Source: Escherichia phage vB_EcoM_SD350
Sequence record: OR911937.1
DNA length: 52,757 bases
Reading direction: 5' to 3' (one strand)
Shown: positions 9,133 to 18,782 of the stretch, one piece after another
How positions within the stretch are numbered: position 1 is the stretch's first letter
How the letters are laid out: every line of letters begins with the position of its first letter
Position numbers and translations under genes: made by a program
Notes under the pieces: model-generated
What the model saw: only the letters and a program-made list of their open reading frames with translations
Databases searched by the model: none
Told to the model about the DNA's origin: nothing

Positions 9133-10695
9133 ATGTCGATAACCCCAAGCAGCACGCCGAACGTCGGATACCAGCGTCCTGAGCTGACTAAGAACGCTGG
9201 TAAGTACCGAATGATTAAGGACTGCATCGAGGGTCAGGAAGCTGTTAAAGCACGCGGTGATTTTTATCTGCCTCGTCCTGACCCTACGAACTGCACAGAA
9301 GAAAACCTGATGCGGTACAATTCGTACCTGCGTCGCGCTGTGTTCTATAACGTACTACAGCGAACTCTTTCGGGTATGACTGGCCTGGTATTCCAGCAGC
9401 AGCCTGAGATGTTGATGCCTGACGATATGGAAGTGCTGAAAGTAAATATCGACGGTGCAGGCATTGGTGCTATTCAGCAAATGCGTAAGTGCTTCAAGTC
9501 TGTTCTGGCTTTTGGTCGAGCGGGTCTGTTGACTGACTTCCCTAAAGCACGTATCGGTGAGTTTGGCGAGTCCATTGGCTTTACCCGTAAAGAGCTGATG
9601 GACGGAGATGTACAGCCGACTGTAACGCTGTATATGCCATGGCAGATTATAAACTGGCGGGAAGAGTATCGCAACGGTAAAGTGATGCTCACTCAGGTTG
9701 TCATTTGCGAACAGATACCGGGGGTTACTGATGGCTTTCAGCAAGACTACACACCCGTGTGGCGTCACCTTTACCTGGATGAAGAAGGCAATTGCAACCA
9801 GTCTTTGTGGGTCAATAAGGGCGACAAGAATGCGCAGAACGTCTCCGGTGGTGCGTTGTATGTCACGCAAGAAAATGTTGTCTTACGCGACTCCAACGGC
9901 TTACCGCTGAAGTTTATTCCGTTCCAGTTTATTGGTTCTGAAACAAACAGCGCTGAGATTGACCCTCCGCCGATGTACGACTTAGCTGTGCTTAACATTG
10001 CACACTACCGTAACTCTGCTGACTACGAAGAATCATGTTTCGTAACAGGTCAACCCACAGTATGGGCATCTGGACTTACTGAGGCATGGGTTGAAGATGT
10101 TCTGAAGGGTGAACTGCGACTCGGTTCGTTTGGTGGTATTCCGCTGCCGGCTAACGCCGCTGTAGGTATTATCCAGACCAACCCTAACACCCAGCCGTTT
10201 GAAGCGATGAAGCAAAAAGAAGCACAGATGATTGCAATCGGTGCTCGTCTGATTCGTGAGAATGGTAAGGTAGAACGACGCGAAGTTGAGATTAAGAATG
10301 AAGCGGCATCTGAAGCTTCGCTTATCGTAACTGTTGCGCAGAACGTTGAAGCTGCTTATCGTAAGGCAATCGAATGGTGTGGCCTGTTCTACGGACACCC
10401 TAAAGAAGAAATTACGATTAACCTCAGCTACAACTTCATCTATAGCCAGTTGACTTATCAAGAACGTCAGCAGCTGGTTAATGAATGGATTGCCGGTGCT
10501 ATCACGTTTAGTGAAATGCGTAGCAATCTTAAACAAGCTGGCATTGCTAAGCTCACCGACGAAGAAGCCAAGAAGCTAATTGATGAAGAGCTGGCTGAAC
10601 GCGATGCGCGTGAGGTAGCAAAAGAAGCAGAAAAGAACGCTCAAGCAGCTAAGAACAGCGATGGGCAGGAAAATAATCCAGAAAAAACTGAATAA
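9133..10695 (+). CDS. portal protein
   Basis: 520-aa ORF directly after the terminase, acidic C-terminus; position and size. Confidence 0.6.
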   Translation: MSITPSSTPNVGYQRPELTKNAGKYRMIKDCIEGQEAVKARGDFYLPRPDPTNCTEENLMRYNSYLRRAVFYNVLQRTLSGMTGLVFQQQPEMLMPDDMEVLKVNIDGAGIGAIQQMRKCFKSVLAFGRAGLLTDFPKARIGEFGESIGFTRKELMDGDVQPTVTLYMPWQIINWREEYRNGKVMLTQVVICEQIPGVTDGFQQDYTPVWRHLYLDEEGNCNQSLWVNKGDKNAQNVSGGALYVTQENVVLRDSNGLPLKFIPFQFIGSETNSAEIDPPPMYDLAVLNIAHYRNSADYEESCFVTGQPTVWASGLTEAWVEDVLKGELRLGSFGGIPLPANAAVGIIQTNPNTQPFEAMKQKEAQMIAIGARLIRENGKVERREVEIKNEAASEASLIVTVAQNVEAAYRKAIEWCGLFYGHPKEEITINLSYNFIYSQLTYQERQQLVNEWIAGAITFSEMRSNLKQAGIAKLTDEEAKKLIDEELAERDAREVAKEAEKNAQAAKNSDGQENNPEKTE

Positions 10696-10700
10696 AGCTA

Positions 10701-10729
10701 TTTACTTTCGGTTTACCTGGCTATATAAT
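10701..10729 (+). promoter_or_regulatory. promoter candidate upstream of scaffold/capsid
   Basis: TTTACT 10701-10706, 17-nt spacer, TATAAT 10724-10729. Confidence 0.4.
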
Positions 10730-10872
10730 CCTTCATGTCAACCGCGCAACAGCCGGCCACGAGAGTCTGCAGGGCTCAGTGGATTTCGGATGGCTGGCTG
10801 CGCGGTTTGACCCAAACCTGTTCGGAGCCCACTTGAGTGGATTGAGCCCCTCTCATATAGGATTGTAAAATT

Positions 10873-11586
10873 ATGGCACTTAAAACAGTTGTAACTGACC
10901 TTAACGAAGTTGATGAAGGCTTCCGCGGCCTGTATATCAAAGACGACGCGTCCGGTGCGTTTCGTTTGGATGTTGAACCAGACGAAAAAACGCTGAAAGA
11001 ATTAGAAGACCTGCGCAAAGAAAAACAGCGTATGGAGCAGCACACCAAAAAACTTCTCGAAGAGAAGAAAAAAGAAGCTGAACGTGCTCGCCTCGCTGAA
11101 GAAGAACGCGCACGTCGTGAGCGTGATGTTGAATCTCTTGAGCGTTCAATCAAAGAGAAGCATCAGGCTGAACTTGAACAGTATACCAGTCGTCAGGCAC
11201 AGCTGCAAGCACAGCTGGAAGCGCAGATGGTTGATAACATCGCGTTGAACCTGGCTAACCAACTCTCTGACACCCCGGCATTAATTATGCCACACATCAA
11301 GGCCCGACTGCGCGCTCAGGAAATTGATGGTAAGTGGCGTACTATCGTCGTGGATGTTATGGGTAACCCGACTGCTACAACGCCAGATGAGCTAGTGGAG
11401 CATATGCGCGCTGATAAGCAGTTTGCACCTCTTGTGCGTGGAACCAAGGCTGGCGGTGGCGGTGCCAACGGCGGCGGAGCTAATCCTGGTGGGAACGGCG
11501 GTGGCGAACAGCACACTTTCGGGGGCGGGGATGACCGCATAGCACGTGCTCGTGCTAAAATCCAAAACACACAATGGGGCAAATAA
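10873..11586 (+). CDS. head scaffolding protein candidate
   Basis: 237 aa, charged coiled-coil-like (EEKKKEAERARLAEEERARRER), Gly-rich C-terminus, between portal and capsid. Confidence 0.5.
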   Translation: MALKTVVTDLNEVDEGFRGLYIKDDASGAFRLDVEPDEKTLKELEDLRKEKQRMEQHTKKLLEEKKKEAERARLAEEERARRERDVESLERSIKEKHQAELEQYTSRQAQLQAQLEAQMVDNIALNLANQLSDTPALIMPHIKARLRAQEIDGKWRTIVVDVMGNPTATTPDELVEHMRADKQFAPLVRGTKAGGGGANGGGANPGGNGGGEQHTFGGGDDRIARARAKIQNTQWGK

Positions 11587-11589
11587 GTT

Positions 11590-12567
11590 ATGTCACTGTA
11601 TATTTTTAACGAACAAGTACGTTCTACCGCCACCGAACTGGTCGACCAGGACGTACAGAAGTTCAACGAAGCTTCTGCAGGTACCCTTATCCTGGGTAAC
11701 CAGTACGTAATTGGTGATTACGTTGAGCAGGCAATGTGGCAGCTGGTTGACGGCATCGCTACCCGCCGTAATGCTTACGCTGGCACCAACAAAGTTGATG
11801 CGCAGACTCTGGGCCAGATTCTGGACCGCTCTGTTAAAATCGACGGCCGTGTTGGTCCTCTGAACATTACCGGTACTATGATGCGTCGCATCGGTGCAGG
11901 TGACACTGAACCAGCAGCTGTTGTTGCTGCACAGGCTTCTGCTGCAATGTTCCAGGATTACCTGAATACCACTGCTGCATGTCTGGTAGCTGCTATCGGC
12001 GCAAACGCTGATGTTGTTCTGGACGTAACTTCAGGCTCCGGTGCTGCTGCAAACATCACCATGCAGAACCTGAACAAAGTCAACGCGAAGATGGGTGACC
12101 GTTCTCAGCAGATTCGTGCGTACATCATGCACTCTACTGCGTTCCACTCCCTCATCGATCAGGCTATCAACAACACGGAACACCTGTTCCAGATTGGTGA
12201 CCTGAACGTGTACAAAGACTTCCTGGGTCGTCGTTATGTCGTTTCTGACATCCCGGCTCTGGTTGATGGCGCCGGTGCTTCCGCTAAGTACCGCACTCTG
12301 GGTCTGACCCCGTCTGCTGCAATCGTTCAGGTCGGCGGCCTGTACGACATGGTTACCTCCGAGCAAACCGGTGGTGAAAACATCCTGCGTCAGATGCAGG
12401 GTGAATACGACTTCAACGTGTCGCTGAAAGGCTACAGCTGGGTCGGTCACAAAGCTGGTCAGTCTCCGACTGATGAAGACCTGGCTGCTCAGGCTTCCTG
12501 GTCTAAAGTTGCGACTTCCAACAAAGACACCGCTGGTGTTATGTTGCTGGCTAAGTCTGCAATCTAA
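11590..12567 (+). CDS. major capsid protein candidate
   Basis: 325 aa, biased codon usage, followed directly by a strong intrinsic terminator; position after scaffold. Confidence 0.6.
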   Translation: MSLYIFNEQVRSTATELVDQDVQKFNEASAGTLILGNQYVIGDYVEQAMWQLVDGIATRRNAYAGTNKVDAQTLGQILDRSVKIDGRVGPLNITGTMMRRIGAGDTEPAAVVAAQASAAMFQDYLNTTAACLVAAIGANADVVLDVTSGSGAAANITMQNLNKVNAKMGDRSQQIRAYIMHSTAFHSLIDQAINNTEHLFQIGDLNVYKDFLGRRYVVSDIPALVDGAGASAKYRTLGLTPSAAIVQVGGLYDMVTSEQTGGENILRQMQGEYDFNVSLKGYSWVGHKAGQSPTDEDLAAQASWSKVATSNKDTAGVMLLAKSAI

Positions 12568-12585
12568 CCCACAAACGGGACTAAC

Positions 12586-12618
12586 AAAAGGCGAGCTGAC
12601 GAGCTCGCCTTTTTTATT
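12586..12618 (+). terminator. rho-independent terminator after the capsid gene
   Basis: GGCGAGC-loop-GCTCGCC stem followed by TTTTTTATTT. Confidence 0.7.
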
Positions 12619-12645
12619 TACACGTATAAAGTTCTGGTATATAAT
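12617..12645 (+). promoter_or_regulatory. promoter candidate (TTTACA-N17-TATAAT)
   Basis: TTTACA 12617-12622, TATAAT 12640-12645, just after the terminator. Confidence 0.4.
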
Positions 12646-12671
12646 CGGACTAAACTTGCTGGAGGCTTTCT

Positions 12672-13172
12672 ATGGCATACACACTTGTTGTGGAAGACGG
12701 TTCAATTGTTCCGGGTGCTAACTCGTATGTTAGCGCAGCAGAAGTTGATGAATTTATCACTAACGAAGGTATTCTCATTCAACCAGGAACTGACCCGTAC
12801 TACCAGGCTGCCAAAGCAGCTATCCGACTTGATAACCAGTTTAACTGGCTAGGTCGTAAGGTCAGCAAAACACAGAGCATGGCTTGGCCCCGTACTGGTC
12901 TCGGTGCATGCAATGTTGACATCGCGGAGTCTGTAATTCCGCGAGAAGTTAAGCTGGCACAGCTTTATATGATGGCCAGTGTATTGAGCTACGACGGTGA
13001 AGAAGGTGTGCGTAGCGACCAGGCTTTGCGCCGTAAGAAAGTTGGTAACCTGGAGATTGAATACTTCGACTCCAAATCAGGCGTTACCGGTGCAACTGAC
13101 CTTTGGACGTCAGACGTCAAGGTCATGCTCAAGCACCTTGTGGGTGCATCACTGAGAACGCGGAGAGTATAA
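12672..13172 (+). CDS. head-tail connector/adaptor protein candidate
   Basis: 166-aa ORF immediately after the capsid gene; positional. Confidence 0.45.
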   Translation: MAYTLVVEDGSIVPGANSYVSAAEVDEFITNEGILIQPGTDPYYQAAKAAIRLDNQFNWLGRKVSKTQSMAWPRTGLGACNVDIAESVIPREVKLAQLYMMASVLSYDGEEGVRSDQALRRKKVGNLEIEYFDSKSGVTGATDLWTSDVKVMLKHLVGASLRTRRV

Positions 13173-13660
13173 TGATTCGTATACGCCTTGAACGTCGCGA
13201 CAAACAAAAGTTCGAGTTCACCTACCGTGCCTTTAAGTCGTTTGAAGGTCAAGGCGTATCAGTAGGTGTTCATCCAGAGCACAACAGACGTATAAATCCC
13301 AGGGACCGTATAACAAACGCCGAGCTAGCAATGGTGCATGAGTACGGTCTTAACGGTCTGCCAGAACGAAGCTTTCTTCGTAGTGCTGTTGGTGGCAAGG
13401 GTAAAGGCCGACAGGCAATAAACAAAGCTTTCCGCGATAATGTACCTGCTGTTCTCAGAGGAAGCATGACTGCGCATGAGCTTAACGACAAAATAGGTCG
13501 TATGCTTGTTGACGCTGTTCACGACAGAATGGACAGTGACGTGCCACCTCCTAACACCGAGCTGACAGAAGAACGCAAACGCGGGCCAGGTACACTTAGA
13601 GAATCTATGCAGTTGTATGATTCGATAAGTTACAAAGTTGGCAGAAACTGGAGGCTATAA
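13172..13660 (+). CDS. head completion protein candidate
   Basis: ATG at 13172 overlaps the upstream stop, GGAGAG ribosome-binding site; track ORF 13103 trimmed to this start. Confidence 0.45.
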   Translation: MIRIRLERRDKQKFEFTYRAFKSFEGQGVSVGVHPEHNRRINPRDRITNAELAMVHEYGLNGLPERSFLRSAVGGKGKGRQAINKAFRDNVPAVLRGSMTAHELNDKIGRMLVDAVHDRMDSDVPPPNTELTEERKRGPGTLRESMQLYDSISYKVGRNWRL

Positions 13661-14037
13661 TGCTCAAGATAACTTCGCTAATGAAGGATAAAACCTTTGT
13701 AGCATTAACAGATGTTCTTCTCCGAAATGATTCACGCTTACCAAACGGCGACTTCGAAGACGAATATACAGCTGCAAAGTATCTGTGTAACATTCAACCT
13801 GGTGCAGCTACTAACCAGCCTAACCTGTTGACTAAAGACGATGGCGAGCATGAGTTCCCACGTATTGCGATATACTGTGGACAAGAGCTGAAGCTCGGAG
13901 ACTTCGTTATCTACGAAGACCAGCCATACCGTGTATTCCGTATCGACCCATGGAGTCGTCATGGCCACTACTACGTTACAGCAATTCTCCATAAAGGACC
14001 TCAGGGAGCTCGTTCAGAAGCTTTTAACATTACCTGA
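13660..14037 (+). CDS. hypothetical virion protein
   Basis: 125-aa ORF, start overlaps the previous stop, GGAGG ribosome-binding site. Confidence 0.45.
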   Translation: MLKITSLMKDKTFVALTDVLLRNDSRLPNGDFEDEYTAAKYLCNIQPGAATNQPNLLTKDDGEHEFPRIAIYCGQELKLGDFVIYEDQPYRVFRIDPWSRHGHYYVTAILHKGPQGARSEAFNIT

Positions 14038-14488
14038 TGGTTCATGCATTATTGGTGAAGAGTCTGGTACAGTTGATGGTACACCGTATGTTTATCTGCG
14101 TCCTGGTGATGCTTATGACTTCGGACCACCTAGAACCAGACAAGGCTCTGACGGCTTTGAGTACGTCAGCAAGCCAATGATGACGGCTGTACGTATTACA
14201 GCTGTCGGTAAGAATGCTGCTGAGCTAATGCGTAAGCTACACATAGCGCTGGGTAGCTCACCAGCTAAGCAGTTTAACCGTTTACGACATTATGCAATAA
14301 CCAAAATATCGAAGATTGATAATGTCGGTGGTGCTATTGGTGCAGGCTATGCGCAGAAGTCAATGATGACTGTTGACATTAGCTATGTGCATAAAGTTAA
14401 AATTGAGCAACCGTACATCTACAAGGTTGACATCACTTGTATGGATGACAACGGTAACAAAGCGACTGGTACAGTAGAGGAACCGTAA
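13961..14488 (+). CDS. hypothetical virion protein (start uncertain)
   Basis: ORF 13931-14488 overlaps the upstream gene by ~80-100 nt; internal ATG at 13961 is an alternative start. Confidence 0.35.
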   Translation: MATTTLQQFSIKDLRELVQKLLTLPDGSCIIGEESGTVDGTPYVYLRPGDAYDFGPPRTRQGSDGFEYVSKPMMTAVRITAVGKNAAELMRKLHIALGSSPAKQFNRLRHYAITKISKIDNVGGAIGAGYAQKSMMTVDISYVHKVKIEQPYIYKVDITCMDDNGNKATGTVEEP

Positions 14489-15111
14489 TGGCAACTGGAG
14501 TAGACCCGGAACTGCAAGCGCAGCTGGATAAGCTAACAACTGCTGTCCAGCTCATTCATGACTTCGGTATGTCAGACAACCCAAACATCCCTAACCCGGA
14601 AGGCGGTGTCATACGCACACTCGAAGGCATTAACGCTGCAATCAACGAAGCTATACCAAACTTTGAAAACGCTAACGAAGCTGCTATCCAGGCGCGTGCT
14701 GCTCGTGACGCGGCTATTGCAGCCAAAGAAGCTGCAGAAACGGCAGCTGAACAGGCCACAGTAGCTTCGACGTCAGCAATCTATGAGTACGGCAACGTTG
14801 CAAGTGCAGCTACAGTGACTATACCAGCTGCATCTAAAACAATTGTCAGCCTTACACTTAACCAGCCAAACACCGTAATTAATATCGGTGGTGTATCTGA
14901 CCCGTCTACTGTTGCGCGTCAGATTACTATTGCTATTAAGCAAGGCACTGGTTCTAACAAAGTGACTGCTTGGGATCCAAGAATAAAATGGGCCAACAAC
15001 AGGAAGCCCGTTCTGTCATTCCTTGTGGGTTACACAGATGTTGTTACGTTGCTGACCTTTGACTCAGGCGCAACTTGGATGGGTTTCTTTAACGGTGGAT
15101 GGATTAAATAA
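14488..15111 (+). CDS. hypothetical virion protein
   Basis: 207 aa, Ala-rich, start overlaps the previous stop. Confidence 0.45.
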   Translation: MATGVDPELQAQLDKLTTAVQLIHDFGMSDNPNIPNPEGGVIRTLEGINAAINEAIPNFENANEAAIQARAARDAAIAAKEAAETAAEQATVASTSAIYEYGNVASAATVTIPAASKTIVSLTLNQPNTVINIGGVSDPSTVARQITIAIKQGTGSNKVTAWDPRIKWANNRKPVLSFLVGYTDVVTLLTFDSGATWMGFFNGGWIK

Positions 15112-18068
15112 TGCACACGATGTTGCTTAAAGACGGATCAGACCATCGAGCTAATGTCGAAAGCCTTATCGAAGGTCACCACCATTTTCTAGAGCGTAAT
15201 ACTGGCAGAACTGACGATGCTACGCGTCAGCACTATATCTTCAACCCAGAAGGAGTAGTGTCGAACAACCGCCATTTTATTGCACACACCATGATGGAGT
15301 ATCAGCCTAACGGTGATGCTCCGTCTGAAAGTCAGTCGCTGCTAATACTCGGCGAAATTCACGCGTACCTTGCTACTAAGGAACAGCGGTACCTTGACAA
15401 AGCAATTGAGTACTTCAATGCTTACGTCAAGTACTATTACGAGGGGGACCCAATCCCTGATACTCCTCGTCGCTGGATCGCTAACTGGCTTTGTAATGGC
15501 AAAGAGCCTGTGTTAGCCAGCTTCCCAATCAACCCTGATTCACCAACACAAGGCGGCTATAAAAATGTGCCAGTTAAGTTTGTTAACGGCAAAGCACAAA
15601 TCCCTCATGGTTCTCCTTTCTGGGGCGAGTACCTGGATGTTGCTACTTGGGCCCACAGGGGACACATGGCTTGGCCTGCTATTAATGGCGGTGTCCGTGT
15701 TATTAAAAATAAAGTTGACTGGGACGATATTTACAACAATTATCGCATCACTACCATGCCAGCTGACCCGTGGAATCAGTTAGCCTGGATTGACTGGCCG
15801 AGGTATCTGGGCGAACCAAGCTACACTGTGGACTGGTCAGCTGCTGAACCTCCTGTACATCTCATCGAGTATATTGTTGCATGGACCAATAACAAGATTG
15901 GTGTTCTGCCTGGCAAAAACGATGAGCTATGGGGAGGCGAGATTCTTGAGACTGGACTGCCTAACTCTCGCAGAGGTGAGATTCAACTCCGTGACCACAC
16001 TGTTAACGGTGTGTATCTGCTTAACTATGCCGTTAAGCTTCCTGTTGAACACGGTGGTTATTTGCTTAAGCGAAATGAGGTATGGCACAACAGACCGGTA
16101 AACGTTCCACTGTACGGCGAGCTTCAACGCGGTAATGCTGCTGATGCTGAGTTGTGGTTCTGTGACTGCTGCTATATGCTGTGGCGAATTACTAAAGAGC
16201 AAAAGTATTACAACGCTTGGCAAGCTGTCCTGTTTACGCTGGAGGAGTATATTGATATTGATAAACAAGACCAGTTCTTCCGTCAAGACTCTCACGCGTC
16301 ATCTCCGTTTACTGATGGCATCTCTTATGATTGGTCTTATCCTGAACTGGCACAAGCTATATATTCACGTGATGAAAATGGTTATATAGTTCTACGCCAG
16401 AACCAAAAAGCTCAATCATCTCTGGAGCAACAGGCTGTATGGTTTAAGTGTAAGCCAACAGCTAAGATACGTACAGAGGTTGGTGGCAAAGATGATGCTG
16501 GTCAGAATATCAGTGTCAAGGTGGAAATGTACATGAACCGTGAAAAGGTTGACGTTGAGCAAAACATCTATCGTTTTGTCACACAGCTACCTGCTCTTGG
16601 TGCTTCACCTGCTAACTACGACATTCCGTTAAGCGATTTTGTCGCAGGTACTAAGCCAGATGGTTCTGAGTATATCTTAGCTGATATTCGTTCGTCCACT
16701 GATTACGGCAATGCCACTATTGCAGTGTCTTACCGTACTGACATACTTGACAACAGACGTGGCAACACTGTTCGTATGACAATACCGGATAGTTCGTCAG
16801 GTGCCATTATAGGCTTTTGGCTACTGGAATCTTCCCAGGCGCCTTTAAACTCGCTGACGTATACTTCTACAGGTCCGTTGTGCATCAAAGTAACTGACGC
16901 GCAAGGCTGGAGTTGGGTACGTGATTTACCTGCCGCACCAGGATGGGTAACTCAGCAGATTCGCACCTGGGAGTTCAGGCTGGCGTCATACCAGGAAAAC
17001 ACAGGTACACCACCAGCTAGCCCACAATTCGGCGAGATTAAGCAGTTCTCGTTTGTACTGCCTGATGGTGTTAATACGTCGACAAGTATTAGCTGGTACT
17101 GTGTGAATGATGTTCCGCCTCGCTATAACTGGCCAATCGGCTATACGATTAAGTATCGTCTTACTTTCTCGGCTGATAACCCGTACACAGCTAGACTTGG
17201 CGACTGTACTGTGCTGGACTATGAGAATGATAACCTTGCTTACACGCCAGGTGTTATTCCGTTCTCCAACATTTATAACCCTGATTCTAAGCAGTTCGAT
17301 GGTTGGCACGGTATACCTTACCCTGGCTATCAGTATCCGTTTGTCTTTACGCATGACGATACTGCAGCAGGTACAATCAGGCTGAACAACATGGTTAACT
17401 TTTTGTACGATTCTCAGCAATGGTACTATAAGAAGTTTGGTCAGCTAGGTCCTGGTGCATCTGCTTTTATCTGGAACCGTTGGGATAACTTTAAATACGG
17501 TGTACCTGATACGTTTACCATGTATCACTGGGGTAATGGTAGTGCATGGTCAGGTTACCAGCCTCGTGCTTATTTCTCCGCAGCACGTGGATGGTATGAG
17601 CTAGTAAACCGTGGTAAGCCAGTTCCGAGTAAGCTTATTGCTTATGTGGATAACTGGTCAAAATGGTTGCTTGACTTCATGGAAAGGTCAGGAGGTGTGT
17701 CGCCTTCTAACTTCCCACAAGAAGGTGTTGCTCTGCCAGTCCCTACAGACTTCACAGGTCACATGTGCGGACTATGGCTTGCTGGTGCAGCTATGTCAGC
17801 CCTTTGTGGGTCAACGGTATCAGGACTTGATAAGCTGATGGACATGCTTGTCAATGAGCTGGAAGACCACTATGACATAACTGGTATTCCAGGGCATGTA
17901 ATGGATGGTGGTTGGTCGCCAGCGTTACGTCTTGAAACTGGTACAGGACCTGAAAGCAACGCCATGTACTATGGTTTTTACTCTGGCGAAATATTACGAG
18001 GGTTGGGCTTATACCTGCTGTACAAAAACAAAGGGGCTAAAGCAGATATTTATGATTTAGGCCCGTAA
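15111..18068 (+). CDS. large virion-module protein of unknown function (985 aa)
   Basis: Single uninterrupted ORF, Trp/Tyr-rich, no motif I can assign; lies between connector genes and Ig-like proteins. Confidence 0.6.
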   Translation: MHTMLLKDGSDHRANVESLIEGHHHFLERNTGRTDDATRQHYIFNPEGVVSNNRHFIAHTMMEYQPNGDAPSESQSLLILGEIHAYLATKEQRYLDKAIEYFNAYVKYYYEGDPIPDTPRRWIANWLCNGKEPVLASFPINPDSPTQGGYKNVPVKFVNGKAQIPHGSPFWGEYLDVATWAHRGHMAWPAINGGVRVIKNKVDWDDIYNNYRITTMPADPWNQLAWIDWPRYLGEPSYTVDWSAAEPPVHLIEYIVAWTNNKIGVLPGKNDELWGGEILETGLPNSRRGEIQLRDHTVNGVYLLNYAVKLPVEHGGYLLKRNEVWHNRPVNVPLYGELQRGNAADAELWFCDCCYMLWRITKEQKYYNAWQAVLFTLEEYIDIDKQDQFFRQDSHASSPFTDGISYDWSYPELAQAIYSRDENGYIVLRQNQKAQSSLEQQAVWFKCKPTAKIRTEVGGKDDAGQNISVKVEMYMNREKVDVEQNIYRFVTQLPALGASPANYDIPLSDFVAGTKPDGSEYILADIRSSTDYGNATIAVSYRTDILDNRRGNTVRMTIPDSSSGAIIGFWLLESSQAPLNSLTYTSTGPLCIKVTDAQGWSWVRDLPAAPGWVTQQIRTWEFRLASYQENTGTPPASPQFGEIKQFSFVLPDGVNTSTSISWYCVNDVPPRYNWPIGYTIKYRLTFSADNPYTARLGDCTVLDYENDNLAYTPGVIPFSNIYNPDSKQFDGWHGIPYPGYQYPFVFTHDDTAAGTIRLNNMVNFLYDSQQWYYKKFGQLGPGASAFIWNRWDNFKYGVPDTFTMYHWGNGSAWSGYQPRAYFSAARGWYELVNRGKPVPSKLIAYVDNWSKWLLDFMERSGGVSPSNFPQEGVALPVPTDFTGHMCGLWLAGAAMSALCGSTVSGLDKLMDMLVNELEDHYDITGIPGHVMDGGWSPALRLETGTGPESNAMYYGFYSGEILRGLGLYLLYKNKGAKADIYDLGP

Positions 18069-18074
18069 CCACTA

Positions 18075-18113
18075 TTTACTTAACCGAGGCGCCAGCCTAT
18101 AATAAGCTGGCGC
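18075..18113 (+). promoter_or_regulatory. promoter candidate with the -10 hexamer inside a hairpin loop
   Basis: TTTACT 18075-18080, TATAAT 18098-18103; GCGCCAGC (18089-18096) pairs with GCTGGCGC (18106-18113). Confidence 0.4.
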
Positions 18114-18135
18114 ACCCAATAAGAGGATTCTCCAG

Positions 18136-18774
18136 ATGGCAAATCGTACTACAGCCAACCGTCCTGTTAAAGACGCAGACCTGCGTCAAGAGTCGGTTAC
18201 TCAGTTCCCGTTATCCAAGCCAACCAAGCTTGACGAGAACGGAAAATTCATTCCAACCCCAGTTACCGGTGTAACTGCTACGCCTAAGACTAAGTCGATT
18301 GCTGTTGGTGAGTTTACAACTCTGTCAGCAGCAGTAGCACCGGCAGACGCAGATGACGTCACCGTGTTGTGGGAAAGCAATGCGCCTGACAAAGCCACTG
18401 TTGATGGTTCAGGTCGTGTTCAGGGTATCAAAGTTGGTTCAGCAACTATTACTGCTAAATCCAAGCTTGACCCTTCCAAAACAGATACTGTAGCAATTAC
18501 GGTAACTGCTCCGCCGGTAGCCGTTACTGGTGTTACGTTAGCGCCTAAGTCGCCAAGCGTTGTAGTAGGCTCCACTGTACAGCTGACTGCAACTATACTG
18601 CCCGCTGGTGCTACTAACAAAGCTGTTACCTACGAATCAAACGATCAGGCTAAAGCTACCGTTAGTGCAACTGGTCTGGTGACCGGTAAAGCAGCTGGTG
18701 TCGTCACCATCACTGTCAAAACAGCTGATGGCAGCTTCACTGACACCGCGTCAGTAACTGTTACTGCTGAGTAA
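18136..18774 (+). CDS. Ig-like (BIG2-type) repeat protein
   Basis: 212 aa with repeated ~80-aa units (e.g. VTGVT...TxTVxA and A..D..V.W.S...A.V..GL..G); GGATTC ribosome-binding site. Confidence 0.5.
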   Translation: MANRTTANRPVKDADLRQESVTQFPLSKPTKLDENGKFIPTPVTGVTATPKTKSIAVGEFTTLSAAVAPADADDVTVLWESNAPDKATVDGSGRVQGIKVGSATITAKSKLDPSKTDTVAITVTAPPVAVTGVTLAPKSPSVVVGSTVQLTATILPAGATNKAVTYESNDQAKATVSATGLVTGKAAGVVTITVKTADGSFTDTASVTVTAE

Positions 18775-18782
18775 GGAGCTGA

